This document shows positions 54,835-64,000 of a stretch of DNA of 64,000 nucleotides, in pieces. Location of the stretch: the IMG/VR virus record IMGVR_UViG_3300027847_001048; one strand, written 5' to 3'. Under the pieces are notes generated by a model, which worked only from the letters and a program-made list of their open reading frames with translations, was not told the DNA's origin and did no database searches. How positions within the stretch are numbered: the stretch's first letter is position 1; each line of letters begins with the position of its first letter. The position numbers were made by a program, and so were the translations under genes. This stretch comes from an uncultured virus (IMG/VR IMGVR_UViG_3300027847_001048). Its lineage: Duplodnaviria; Heunggongvirae; Uroviricota; Caudoviricetes.

Positions 54835-55058
54835 CTACGCTTCAATCATTGATTCGAGACCTAATCATCGCCTGCCTGGGGGCCAACTTCGTGCTCCTTG
54901 GGCTTGGGGCGATGTTTGGGGATCAGTCAATGGTTCTTATAGCGGGGTTGTCTTTGGCGGCCTGTGGGATCGGTCTGACTCTACGGGAAGCTAACGAAGG
55001 AGATTCTATAAGGGACGGTGAAGCCAGTGATTCCAAATCGAAAACCCAAGAGGACTAA
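54831..55058 (+). CDS. Small 2-TM membrane protein
   Basis: ATGA overlap; two hydrophobic segments. Confidence 0.6.
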   Translation: MTTLQSLIRDLIIACLGANFVLLGLGAMFGDQSMVLIAGLSLAACGIGLTLREANEGDSIRDGEASDSKSKTQED

Positions 55059-55248
55059 AGATGTGGATCACAAGGCACTCACAGAAGTGCAGATACGGGA
55101 TTGGATGGATCGAGCAGCAGTACGGGAGATCAACATATTCGATGATCACAACCAAATCATCAAAGTTCTTTGCCGAGCCTTGCTTGAGGCCCGGGGAGAA
55201 GACCCCTTCATGCCCCGTGACAAAAAGAGAGGGCAGCACAGAAAGTGA
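55018..55248 (+). CDS. Hypothetical protein
   Basis: Co-directional small ORF. Confidence 0.5.
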   Translation: MKPVIPNRKPKRTKDVDHKALTEVQIRDWMDRAAVREINIFDDHNQIIKVLCRALLEARGEDPFMPRDKKRGQHRK

Positions 55249-55305
55249 GTAGAAACCATGAAAGCCGACGCAGAAGCAGCGTTGGGAATCGAGTGAGGAT
55301 TCCCA

Positions 55306-55683
55306 ATGAGCAGCAACAGAAAAAACCAGAGAGCAGTAGACGTTTACCGCAGGATGAAGGACACCCAGCGACTCATTGAAGATGAGCTTCGTAGCAGAGG
55401 GATTGAACCGGACACCGCACGGGCAAATAACTACCGGACACCCACGACCCTTGAAAATGTCGGGGATGCCAACATTGTGGACATTAGTTGGGACGCCCGT
55501 GCAGAGCATCTCCCGACCGCCCCTATCCAAGTCAACTATTACAACCCCCCACCAGAGAAGAAACCCGCCTCCGGCGGAGACTACGCAGTGGTCTGCTTCC
55601 TTTCGGCGTTCCTTGGAATCGGGGGGTTCTTCGCCTTCTACGGCATCGTGTCCCTTATGGCACGCATGTTTAGGGGGTGGTAG
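55306..55683 (+). CDS. Hypothetical protein with C-terminal TM helix
   Basis: GAGGA RBS; hydrophobic C-terminus. Confidence 0.65.
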   Translation: MSSNRKNQRAVDVYRRMKDTQRLIEDELRSRGIEPDTARANNYRTPTTLENVGDANIVDISWDARAEHLPTAPIQVNYYNPPPEKKPASGGDYAVVCFLSAFLGIGGFFAFYGIVSLMARMFRGW

Positions 55684-56862
55684 ATGTGGAAGACCCTCCG
55701 ACACGTTGGTTATGGAGTCTGCTTTTGTCTCCTTCCCATCACGTCCTGTATCAGTGAGAACACTCTACATTCAGTCACATGCTGGCAGCCTTGCTATACC
55801 GGTGATCCACTAACCGAAGGGGTTGGGGAGTGTAGGGCCGGGGAGCCCCTCTGTGAAAACGACATCTACATCGAATGTGGGGGGGAGATCCTACCCACTG
55901 ATGAATACTGCGACGGCTTGGATAACGACTGTAATGGTAAAACAGACGATTACGTGTTGGATACAGGGATCAGCGCAAGCTGCGAATCCGATGTGGGGGA
56001 GTGCTCTGCCGGAACGCTTCAATGCGTAAAGGGTGCAGTTTCCTGTGGGGATTGGGTAGGACCGGAAGAAGAAACCTGCGACAACCTCGACAATGACTGT
56101 AACGGTCTGGTCGATGATGAGATCATCCTCGACTATTGCTACGAGGGAGAGGACGAAGACCTTTGGTATGGCATCTGCCATGCCGGGATTGAAGTCTGTG
56201 ACGCAGGAGCAGTTGTTTGTATCAACCAGCAGCTTCCCGAAGTGGAAGTCTGTGATGAGCTTGATAACGACTGTGACGGCTTTGTAGACGAGGATCTCTC
56301 CGAGGGTGAAGAGGTGGACATTGTGTTCATCTTGGATCGTTCCGGTTCAATGGGGTCTTACTTTGGCGATGTAGCTTCGGCCTCCCAGATGTTCGCTACG
56401 GCGTTCTCTGGTGTTCCCGAGTTCCGCTTCGCACTCGTAGGGTTGCCTGGGACTGGCACGACTGATCCAGAAGTCCTTTTAGACTTCACAGATGCAGCGA
56501 CCTTCTGGGCTGCTTTGGACACGATGAGCACCATCGGTGCAGGGCAAGAACCAAGCTACGATGCTTGTTACTTGGGAGCAACGGCAGGCTTGGGACTCTC
56601 TTGGAGGTCCGGTTCCCGTCAGTACCAAGTGCTGTTCACCGATGAGCAGGGTCAGAGTTACGACTCGCCCACAGTCACAGAGCAGATGGTTGCCGATGAG
56701 ATGGTTGCCGCAGGGCAAGTGTTCTACGGCTTCGTCAAGTCCACGTTCGACAGCTACTTCGATGACATCGCAAGCGCCACAGGTGGTCGGTTGTTCAATC
56801 TGGGTGACGCTGACGACATGGAAGAAGATCTCTCCGAGATGTTCTCCGAAGAGTGTTGGTGA
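55684..56862 (+). CDS. Second Cys/Asp-repeat + VWA lipoprotein (paralog-like)
   Basis: ITSC lipobox; three E.CD.LDNDC.G..D repeats; DIVFILDRSGSM. Confidence 0.88.
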   Translation: MWKTLRHVGYGVCFCLLPITSCISENTLHSVTCWQPCYTGDPLTEGVGECRAGEPLCENDIYIECGGEILPTDEYCDGLDNDCNGKTDDYVLDTGISASCESDVGECSAGTLQCVKGAVSCGDWVGPEEETCDNLDNDCNGLVDDEIILDYCYEGEDEDLWYGICHAGIEVCDAGAVVCINQQLPEVEVCDELDNDCDGFVDEDLSEGEEVDIVFILDRSGSMGSYFGDVASASQMFATAFSGVPEFRFALVGLPGTGTTDPEVLLDFTDAATFWAALDTMSTIGAGQEPSYDACYLGATAGLGLSWRSGSRQYQVLFTDEQGQSYDSPTVTEQMVADEMVAAGQVFYGFVKSTFDSYFDDIASATGGRLFNLGDADDMEEDLSEMFSEECW

Positions 56863-56878
56863 TGCGTAACTCCTTTTC

Positions 56879-57244
56879 TTGTCTCCGTGCCTTGGAGTAA
56901 TCGTGCTTCAATGGGCTGACAGGTTGGAAGACGCTCTCGCTTATGCGTTCTCCCACCTATTGATGCTGTTGATGTATCTCAATCTGGGTGATGCCTTATT
57001 GACCCTAATCTGGGTCAGGTTGGGCGTGGCTGAAGAGCTAAACCCCTTGATGGATCATTTGTTGGCAGCCGGAGGCTGGAGCTTCGTTATCTACAAGACC
57101 TTTCTGGTGAGTCTTTGTAGTTGGGCGTTGTGGCGGCATCGGGACCGGAAGACCGTGCGGTACTGTTTGCTGGGCTGTGTAGGCGTTTACGCCTACGTTG
57201 CGTCGATACACCTGCGGATTATTCAAGTGCTCTGTTGTAGTTGA
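56879..57244 (+). CDS. DUF5658-like membrane protein
   Basis: LNLGDALLT....G.AEELNPLM...F..YK. Start uncertain. Confidence 0.7.
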   Translation: MSPCLGVIVLQWADRLEDALAYAFSHLLMLLMYLNLGDALLTLIWVRLGVAEELNPLMDHLLAAGGWSFVIYKTFLVSLCSWALWRHRDRKTVRYCLLGCVGVYAYVASIHLRIIQVLCCS

Positions 57245-57295
57245 AGGGGGGTCAGTGGGGTTGTCATTCGGGTAGTTGTTTTGCGGAGACCTCTT

Positions 57296-58090
57296 ATGAG
57301 CCGACCGAAAACACCATCACGTCCCCAGCCCAAGTTGCAGCAGGCGATGGACACCCTCGTCCGATTGGCCTCGGACGGGATGCTGGAAGAGGCCCACTTC
57401 CAAGAGTTCCGAGACCGCTTCCAAACGGTCTCATTCTTCCACACCCGAAAACGCTTCGCTGAAGAGGTATCAGAGCCCCTCTTCACGGTGGAGTGGATGG
57501 ACTCTATGGCCCGTCTTCTCAAGGGCTATCGGGTCGTGGAGATCCTTTCGTACCGTGGGGTCTTGATCCAGCCGATGAACCAGCGAGGTATCGAGTGGGT
57601 GGGGGCCGACGAGCACCCCAAGCTGTCTGACGTTGGGGGAGGTCAACAGACGCTTCCCCCAACCCAACCTCTGATTAGACCCGCTGATCCCCGACAAGCC
57701 ATTGAAACGCTCAACCCTGATGTCGTGGTGATGCCCCGATTGAGAAAAGAGAACGACGATAGTGAGGTTTTGGGCCTCATGGCCGAACACAAGCTACCTC
57801 TCGTACTTCTTCGGGATAGCGGTTTGGAATGGGGCCGGGATCTCTGGACAGAGACCAAACAAGAGCCCTTTCATGTGAAGGGGGCTCTTCCACATCAACT
57901 TACGGTGGCCCTCTCTCAACAACGACCCGGTTTTTACTATCTTTATGAGGTTAGGCAGTGTTTTCCTTGGTTCCGAGATGTGCCTAACTGGCATGACGGG
58001 GACGTTAGGACATGGTTCGCCTTGCCTGCTGGGGCAGGGTTGGTAGTAGAGGGGCAGGTTGTTGCTGGGCCTCCTATGGAGAATCGATGA
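57296..58090 (+). CDS. Hypothetical protein, possible degenerate SAM-methyltransferase fold
   Basis: RVVEILSYRGVL...RGIEWVGAD resembles motifs I/II but lacks GxG. Confidence 0.55.
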   Translation: MSRPKTPSRPQPKLQQAMDTLVRLASDGMLEEAHFQEFRDRFQTVSFFHTRKRFAEEVSEPLFTVEWMDSMARLLKGYRVVEILSYRGVLIQPMNQRGIEWVGADEHPKLSDVGGGQQTLPPTQPLIRPADPRQAIETLNPDVVVMPRLRKENDDSEVLGLMAEHKLPLVLLRDSGLEWGRDLWTETKQEPFHVKGALPHQLTVALSQQRPGFYYLYEVRQCFPWFRDVPNWHDGDVRTWFALPAGAGLVVEGQVVAGPPMENR

Positions 58091-58224
58091 GTGAACAAGA
58101 ATCAAAGTACATTTGCTATGACTCCATGACACAGATCGGAACTATCGTTGAAGGCTTGTTGATCGTCCCACCAACCGAGGACACCCGCCCCGATGCGACG
58201 TTGCTGCCTTTCCCAGAGGTGTAG
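58087..58224 (+). CDS. Small hypothetical protein
   Basis: ATGA overlap; GGAGA RBS. Confidence 0.5.
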   Translation: MSEQESKYICYDSMTQIGTIVEGLLIVPPTEDTRPDATLLPFPEV

Positions 58225-58226
58225 AT

Positions 58227-58853
58227 ATGGGTCGAGGTCGGCGGCGAGCGGATCGAATCCGCCAAGAGATCCCAATCATTCAAGTCCTATACGACCTGGG
58301 CTACCGGGTTCGCTTGGACGGTGGAGATCGAGAGCAGCAGTTCCCTTGCGATCTGCACGGGGACGGGTCTGACAACAAACCGAGTGCTCGGGCCTACCCC
58401 GACACCAACTCTTGGTATTGCTTCGCTTGTTCCAAGCCCCGTGACGCCATTACCACCCTTCGTGACAGGATGGATCTGGGGTTCTCTGAAGCCTGCACGT
58501 CCCTGGAGAAGAAATACGGTCTCCCATCGTTGCCTTGGTCTGACGAAGACGGGGACGAGGACGCACAGAAGTACGAAACAATCTCATCGAACCTGCGGAC
58601 CATTACATTTGAGCAAGCCTGCTCTCGTATCCATGCACTCTTGGAGGCCCAACGGACAGACAGAGAAATCCCTTTGTTGGATCTCCTGGGGTTCTGGGAG
58701 GTCCATGACATGATCGTGTGGCGGGTCGAGCAGGAGCAGTGGGACTCTTCCGAGGGGATCTCCAGTATGATGAAACTGAAGGGTACGGTCTTGGAACAGA
58801 TCAAGCGGCGGGTGAAAGATGAAGGGGCTACGGAAGCTAAAGATCAGCAGTAG
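58227..58853 (+). CDS. Stand-alone CHC2 Zn-finger (DnaG primase N-terminal-like) protein
   Basis: CDLH...DNKPSA......WYCFAC...DAI......LGFSEAC. No TOPRIM domain. Confidence 0.8.
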   Translation: MGRGRRRADRIRQEIPIIQVLYDLGYRVRLDGGDREQQFPCDLHGDGSDNKPSARAYPDTNSWYCFACSKPRDAITTLRDRMDLGFSEACTSLEKKYGLPSLPWSDEDGDEDAQKYETISSNLRTITFEQACSRIHALLEAQRTDREIPLLDLLGFWEVHDMIVWRVEQEQWDSSEGISSMMKLKGTVLEQIKRRVKDEGATEAKDQQ

Positions 58854-59265
58854 AGAATGGGATGACCTCTTTCTTCTTCGGGCTACACCCAAAAAGGGTG
58901 ACCCGTGGGGTGTGCTGGCCCCCTTGAAGGGGACTCCGTGGGAACCTTTGATCCCGATCATCACAGGTGGGGCTTTCTCTCACGCTCTGAACGGTCATGT
59001 AATGCCCCTGGTGAATGAGCTTGGCCCACCCCCACATGCACTGTGGCGGAGGCTGCCAGACGAGTGGGCGTGGTGCGCCTTGAAGACCAACTTCACCTGC
59101 TTACTGGCACGGTCAATATGTCGCCCTTGTTCCGACTTACCAGAGTGTTATGAGGCCCCTGGTTTCGATAACCCCCTCCACAGCAACCTTGCCGGTTACA
59201 TAGCAAGAGCGTGGAAAGAGGGTCAATACGTGGTGGTGGTGGTTGGAGACGAGTTCAGTCTGTGA
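58819..59265 (+). CDS. Hypothetical Cys-rich protein
   Basis: C-x6-C-x6-CxxC-x5-C cluster. Confidence 0.65.
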   Translation: MKGLRKLKISSREWDDLFLLRATPKKGDPWGVLAPLKGTPWEPLIPIITGGAFSHALNGHVMPLVNELGPPPHALWRRLPDEWAWCALKTNFTCLLARSICRPCSDLPECYEAPGFDNPLHSNLAGYIARAWKEGQYVVVVVGDEFSL

Positions 59266-59338
59266 GGGGGTCAGACTGATGGGGTGAAGGGTAGGTTATC
59301 TGAAGCCGAGGCTTCCTATTAGAGCGAAGGAGATACTT

Positions 59339-62300
59339 GTGGATGCGACCGATTTTCTCACCGGGGAGAAAGATAGATCCGTAGGGCCGAAGCCTTGGAT
59401 GGCGGAGAAAACCCTCTCCCTTGTGACTAAATGGGGGTCAATCGGCAAGCCAGACGGCCCTGACTTGCCCGAAGCCTGGGAAGGCTCAACTGATACTATC
59501 ACCCAAGCGGCATCCGCTGAATGGGAGATGCTGGAACAAGTCGTGGATGCTTGCATCGAGAGCGGCCACTATGCCCTCGATTTGGAGACTACCGGACTTG
59601 ATACCCGTGTCTTCAACGGGGAAACCAGAGATAAGATCGTAGGTGTCTGTCTCTCTCCAGATGGGGAACGGGGGTACTACATTCCTGTTCGCCACAAGGA
59701 GGGTGTCGAACATAACGTCCCAATGTCGAAGGTACGGGCGGCGATGTTGCGGCTTGTGTCGTCCGATGCCGTGGCGATCTTCCACAACGCCAAGTTCGAC
59801 CAAGAGTTCCTTCAGTTCAATGGTGGTGTGCCGTGGGGAGAGTGGGACTCCCCAAAGACCTGGGAGGACACTATCATCCTGGCGTATCTTCGAGACTCCC
59901 GAGCGAGGGTGAAAGGTCTGAAGTTCCTTTCTGGGAAGGAGTTGGGCATGGAGATGATCGAGATCCATGAGCTTTACGGCCATGAGAAGACCAAGCGAGG
60001 TTTCAACTATGATTTCTCTGCTCTTGATCCATCTGCTCCCGAGGTCACTTGGTATGCCGCAGCCGACGCCATCTGCACCTACAAGCTGTGGGAGATATTG
60101 CATCCTCAAGTCGTCGCCCCAAAGGACCAAGGGCGCAATCAGAAAGGGATCTATGCGATTGAACGGGCGTGTCTAACCGCTACCCGGTGGATGGAACGCT
60201 GTCGTGTCCACACAGACCAAGAGAAGGTTCGCTCTCTCATCGGGCTTGGACAACGAGAACTGGTTGATTCCCTAAAGGAAGTCTACGAGGCAGCGAACAA
60301 AGCCTTGGGCCGGGACATCACCCCAACCTACTTTTACCTCGCTCTCCAAGAGATCCAGAAGAACAACCCCACCCTGGAGATCGGAGACGACAGTATTCCT
60401 CTCATGCAACTGTTGGAAGAGTCTCGAAAGAGGGCTTCCAACCCATTGATTGTTGCCAAGTATGAGGGATTGGGGGACAAAGCCGACCGCTTACCCCTCA
60501 CCGATAAGAAGGGACGGACGTGGCCCGCCGAATACGATGTAATGTCCGCCAAGCAGTTGGGAGTGCTGTTGGATGAGGTAGGCGTGCCGGGGTTGGTACG
60601 CACCGAGAAGTCCAAACAGGTCAAGACCAGTAAGGACGCTCTCGACAAAGCCTTGGATAAGGGAGGCAACAAGTTCCCTTGGCTCACCAAGATCAAGCGA
60701 TTCCGTGAGGTTCAGAAGGCTCTCTCCACCTATCTAATCCCACTGTGGGAGGATGCTGACCCCACCGATGACACCGTTCGTATCAACTTCAACGGCTTCA
60801 AGGTGGATACGGGTCGGTTCTCGGCACCGTCGAGTCGGAACCCCGGTCTCGATGGTGGAACCCGGTTCCCGATGCACGGGACACCTTCGACGTATGACCC
60901 CACACGCCCCCAATGTCTGTCTCGTATCCGAGAGTGTGTCACGCCCCGCTCTGGCCGGTTCCTCGTTGCTATCGATTACGCTGGTGAAGAACTCCGAATA
61001 GCGACCAACATCTCTGGGGAGCCGAGGTGGCTGACCGAGTTCTTCCGCTGCTCTGGTTGCGATATGCAGTTTGAGACCGGAGACGGGACGGATACCCCAG
61101 ACCCGCCCCCTCCCTTCTGTCCTCGCTGCGGGTCCGACAAGATTGGTGACTTGCACACCATGACCGGGATTGCTGTTTATGGTGAAGCCGCCCCAGACCG
61201 TCCTGACTGGAAGGCTCTTCGAGGTAACGCCAAAGCTACCAACTTTGCTTTGAGCTACGGAGGTGGTGGGTCTGCCGTTCAACGATCCGTAGGCGTGGAC
61301 AAGAACGAGGGTTGGAGAATCAAGCGGTCCTTTGACCAAAACTACCAAGGTCTGGTGTCGTGGTGGGGTCGTCAACATGCCTTTGCTCGAAAGCATGGCT
61401 TCGTAAAAACAGCCTTTGGTCGAGTGTACCCGTTGCCTGACATCTACCATGAAGACGGAGGGTTTCGGTCTAAAGCTGAACGGAACGCTGTGAACGGTCC
61501 TATCCAGGGAGCCGGGGCAGACATCATCAAGATTGCGATGGCCCTTATCTACAAGCACGTCAAGAAGAAGCAGTGGTTCGACAAGATCGACCTTATCGCC
61601 TGTATGCACGATGAGCTTGTGTTTGAGATTGATGCCTCCATTATCGAGGAAGCCATCGCAGACATTGAGCAGATTATGACCCGTAACCCTGTGATCTTGA
61701 GCAAACGGTGGGCAGTGCCTTTGACGACTGACGTTGAAGTTGGCCGAGATTGGACGGTTCCTTGGAACCTGACGAAGATGCTCCACGGCAAGAAAGAGTG
61801 GGAGCCTTCCTTGGCCCCTCATTTTCAAGGGGGTGTTGATCCAAAAGCCCCGGATGATCCAAAAGCCGTGAAACCCGACACGCAGCTTCCGCAAAATCCT
61901 CCAGGTCAGAATATCGATAATGCAGGAAACACATCTTCCGCCGATTATGGGCAAGAAGGTCTGCAAGGTTCAGAAGATTCAACGCATCTTTCTATGGAAA
62001 GGACACGAAGCGTGTCCCACCAAGAGTCAGAAGCCACCTCCGCTGGGGGATCAAAACCGGATTCAGTACCGGAAGGGCCAACCGAAGAATCTCTGCCAGA
62101 GATCCCCTTTCAGGCTGAACCCACGATCCGAGTAGCAAATGAGGTCTACACCTACCGAGTCACCAAGCTCTCATTGGACACGATGCTGACGCTTGCCGAG
62201 GTGATTGTGAAAAGCCGTCACCGAGGAACGACCAAGTTGATTTTAGTTGATTCCAATGGCGACCCACTCGATTGGCACTCCGAGACGGTATTCATAAATG

Positions 62301-62347
62301 AGACGGTATTCCACGTCCTCGCAAAAGAATACGGGTTGGGGCTATGA
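59339..62347 (+). CDS. Family A DNA polymerase with 3'-5' exonuclease domain
   Basis: DLETTGL, HNAKFD, YAAAD exonuclease motifs; TGRFS, DYAGEELRI, R..AKATNFALSYG, AERNAVN.PIQG..ADI.K, HDEL. AAGGAG RBS. Confidence 0.95.
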   Translation: MDATDFLTGEKDRSVGPKPWMAEKTLSLVTKWGSIGKPDGPDLPEAWEGSTDTITQAASAEWEMLEQVVDACIESGHYALDLETTGLDTRVFNGETRDKIVGVCLSPDGERGYYIPVRHKEGVEHNVPMSKVRAAMLRLVSSDAVAIFHNAKFDQEFLQFNGGVPWGEWDSPKTWEDTIILAYLRDSRARVKGLKFLSGKELGMEMIEIHELYGHEKTKRGFNYDFSALDPSAPEVTWYAAADAICTYKLWEILHPQVVAPKDQGRNQKGIYAIERACLTATRWMERCRVHTDQEKVRSLIGLGQRELVDSLKEVYEAANKALGRDITPTYFYLALQEIQKNNPTLEIGDDSIPLMQLLEESRKRASNPLIVAKYEGLGDKADRLPLTDKKGRTWPAEYDVMSAKQLGVLLDEVGVPGLVRTEKSKQVKTSKDALDKALDKGGNKFPWLTKIKRFREVQKALSTYLIPLWEDADPTDDTVRINFNGFKVDTGRFSAPSSRNPGLDGGTRFPMHGTPSTYDPTRPQCLSRIRECVTPRSGRFLVAIDYAGEELRIATNISGEPRWLTEFFRCSGCDMQFETGDGTDTPDPPPPFCPRCGSDKIGDLHTMTGIAVYGEAAPDRPDWKALRGNAKATNFALSYGGGGSAVQRSVGVDKNEGWRIKRSFDQNYQGLVSWWGRQHAFARKHGFVKTAFGRVYPLPDIYHEDGGFRSKAERNAVNGPIQGAGADIIKIAMALIYKHVKKKQWFDKIDLIACMHDELVFEIDASIIEEAIADIEQIMTRNPVILSKRWAVPLTTDVEVGRDWTVPWNLTKMLHGKKEWEPSLAPHFQGGVDPKAPDDPKAVKPDTQLPQNPPGQNIDNAGNTSSADYGQEGLQGSEDSTHLSMERTRSVSHQESEATSAGGSKPDSVPEGPTEESLPEIPFQAEPTIRVANEVYTYRVTKLSLDTMLTLAEVIVKSRHRGTTKLILVDSNGDPLDWHSETVFINETVFHVLAKEYGLGL

Positions 62348-62610
62348 CGAAAGCAGCACAAAACTTCATCGACCAGTACACCCGAAAGCTCTTGATTGAT
62401 TGGGCACACCATCAAATCACAAGCTCTTTGGACGACACGATTCCACCACCTCCCGATTTGGAGGTTTGCGGCGCTCACCAATGCGCCTATGGCTACGCTC
62501 CTTATGTGGAACATGCCATCTCCAAGGGCTGGCTTTCCAAAGACGGGAAGCGTCTTTTGGCAAAAGGTCTTGCAGTGGCTACTTCCGCTTTGAAGCGAGG
62601 TAGTGGATGA
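62344..62610 (+). CDS. Hypothetical protein
   Basis: ATGA overlap. Confidence 0.6.
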   Translation: MTKAAQNFIDQYTRKLLIDWAHHQITSSLDDTIPPPPDLEVCGAHQCAYGYAPYVEHAISKGWLSKDGKRLLAKGLAVATSALKRGSG

Positions 62611-63374
62611 GTGAAAAGAAGGATCTTCTGGGGTACTGCAACGAACACGGGGTGCCACCCCGCCAGTTCATGCAGACGTTCTGCTACCGCTGCCGGAACC
62701 ATGAGTGTTCCAATGCGTCGTGGGGAGGGTCTATCTGGCAGTCACGGATGAGGATTCAACAAGACAAGCTCTTGGACAATCCGCATTTTGCTCACCCAGA
62801 CAATCCGCAGTTCGACCATATCCGAGAGAGGGACTTCCCTTCTCTGCTTGAAAAAGCCATCCAACTGGAGATTGCTGACAAGCGGGGAGACTGGGAGATT
62901 CCCGAGGTAGCTATCACTGACAACAAGGTCATTAGAGCCAAAGGTGCTACCACGGATGCTGTTGACGAGGCAGTAAAAGCACTCGCCAAAGCTCAAGGGA
63001 AGATAGGGCCGAGTCTGCCCGACCGTCAACAAGCCGAGAAGGATGAGTTTCTGGAGCAGACTGTGGAGATGATGGGAGAGGATCTTCCAACCCCACCTGG
63101 GTTCCGCCCAGAATCCGAGGGTGCCGAAGTTGATGATCCAGATGTCGTGAAAACACCCGAAGAAACAAGACCCCCGTCGCCGGTTCGCTCTCTCAAGTTT
63201 TCCAACACGGCTATTCCCGACGAAGGTTTTGTGGTTGGAGGGGGAGAGACCCCTAAAAGGGAGCCGGAATCTGACCCGTGGGCTGTCCCAGAGAACCCGG
63301 GTCCGGTTGTAGACGTGGGAGCCAAAGTTCGCATGGGCCTGGAGGGCATGAAAGATGACAACAAAGATAAATAG
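62607..63374 (+). CDS. Hypothetical protein with N-terminal Cys cluster and Pro/acidic tail
   Basis: ATGA overlap; C...CYRCRNHEC. Confidence 0.7.
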   Translation: MSEKKDLLGYCNEHGVPPRQFMQTFCYRCRNHECSNASWGGSIWQSRMRIQQDKLLDNPHFAHPDNPQFDHIRERDFPSLLEKAIQLEIADKRGDWEIPEVAITDNKVIRAKGATTDAVDEAVKALAKAQGKIGPSLPDRQQAEKDEFLEQTVEMMGEDLPTPPGFRPESEGAEVDDPDVVKTPEETRPPSPVRSLKFSNTAIPDEGFVVGGGETPKREPESDPWAVPENPGPVVDVGAKVRMGLEGMKDDNKDK

Positions 63375-64000
63375 TGCTCTGAAATCAATGCTCGATGGCC
63401 TGGGGAAGATGTCCCCAGAGATTCTGGAGATCTTGGACCGTGCAAAAGCGGGGACAATCACCGAAGAAGCTGCGATGGAAGAGATGCTGGCGTTCATGTT
63501 TGCCAATCCCGAACTGGCAAAAGACTTCGAGGCGCTGGCTAATACGGTCACAGCACCCTTGAGGGATGCCCCCATAGCGACCATAGAGCCGCAGTGGTTT
63601 GACAAGATCGAGGAAGCCTTCACAGGCGGGGTTCCTATCTGGGAAGACCGCTCTGCTGAAGGGAAGCTCGCACGCTTCAACCCCTTGTATGAGGCGGCTG
63701 TTACTGAACGGTTGCAGTTTGACGGGGACATCCCTGAACTCCGAACTGGCCCCCTCCCCGAAGGGGCCGATCCTGCGGTGCCTATTGACACCCAGGCACG
63801 TAATCCGACAGCGATTGGCTTGATGTTGGAACAAGCAAGCACCGAGGTGGCTGAAGAGATCCAGGCTCTTTTGCCCGAACACCTCCAACAGACAGAACAG
63901 TTCCTTGAGGCCAAGAGCAAGTGTCTGGACCTGACCGAGCAGCACGTTGCCCTACCACCTGTTCCGCAACCCAAAGGGTACGAACCGGGAGAGCTTCCAG
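63355..64000 (+). CDS. 3'-truncated hypothetical protein
   Basis: Open frame MTTKINSALKSMLDGLGKMSPEIL... runs off the window end; GGAGG upstream. Confidence 0.65.
   Translation, partial: MTTKINSALKSMLDGLGKMSPEILEILDRAKAGTITEEAAMEEMLAFMFANPELAKDFEALANTVTAPLRDAPIATIEPQWFDKIEEAFTGGVPIWEDRSAEGKLARFNPLYEAAVTERLQFDGDIPELRTGPLPEGADPAVPIDTQARNPTAIGLMLEQASTEVAEEIQALLPEHLQQTEQFLEAKSKCLDLTEQHVALPPVPQPKGYEPGELP

Noticed and set aside
1..64000. Alternative genetic code (stop-codon reassignment)
   Set aside because: Long genes are intact in the standard code and end in TAA, TAG and TGA. The single interruption (39250) also needs a frame change.

Overview
The window looks like part of a large (jumbo-like) tailed dsDNA phage genome read in the standard genetic code. 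Cys-rich 'E-x-C-D-G-L-D-N-D-C-D-G' + VWA lipoproteins suggest a Myxococcota/deltaproteobacterial-type host (inference). 1-24.4 kb is a virion-structural block with a 5090-aa and a ~2094-aa protein. 24.5-33 kb and 41-48 kb are accessory islands of small genes: KhpA, SLT, DUF6011, WGR, NAD ligase, GHKL ATPase, FliO-like, SWIM, DUF3228. 33.9-40 kb holds SNF2, DnaC-like, DnaB-like and a split DNA methyltransferase. 48-57 kb holds tRNA-Asn, thioredoxin, thymidine kinase, a phosphoesterase, a protease and VWA lipoproteins. 58-64 kb holds a primase Zn-finger and DNA polymerase A. The main unexplained signals are: (1) eleven copies of a fixed-spacing 28-bp bipartite motif (GTTACYTT...GGTARRCR), two pairs of them divergent; several copies sit directly upstream of ORF-free, self-closing structured RNA units, suggesting a phage regulon that includes a set of small ncRNAs; (2) an amino-methyltransferase split into order-swapped halves, with its catalytic DPPY motif cut off by GGA-TAA-AT-GGC, a candidate for recoding or translational bypassing. 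All family calls come from motif recognition by eye; no database search was run.
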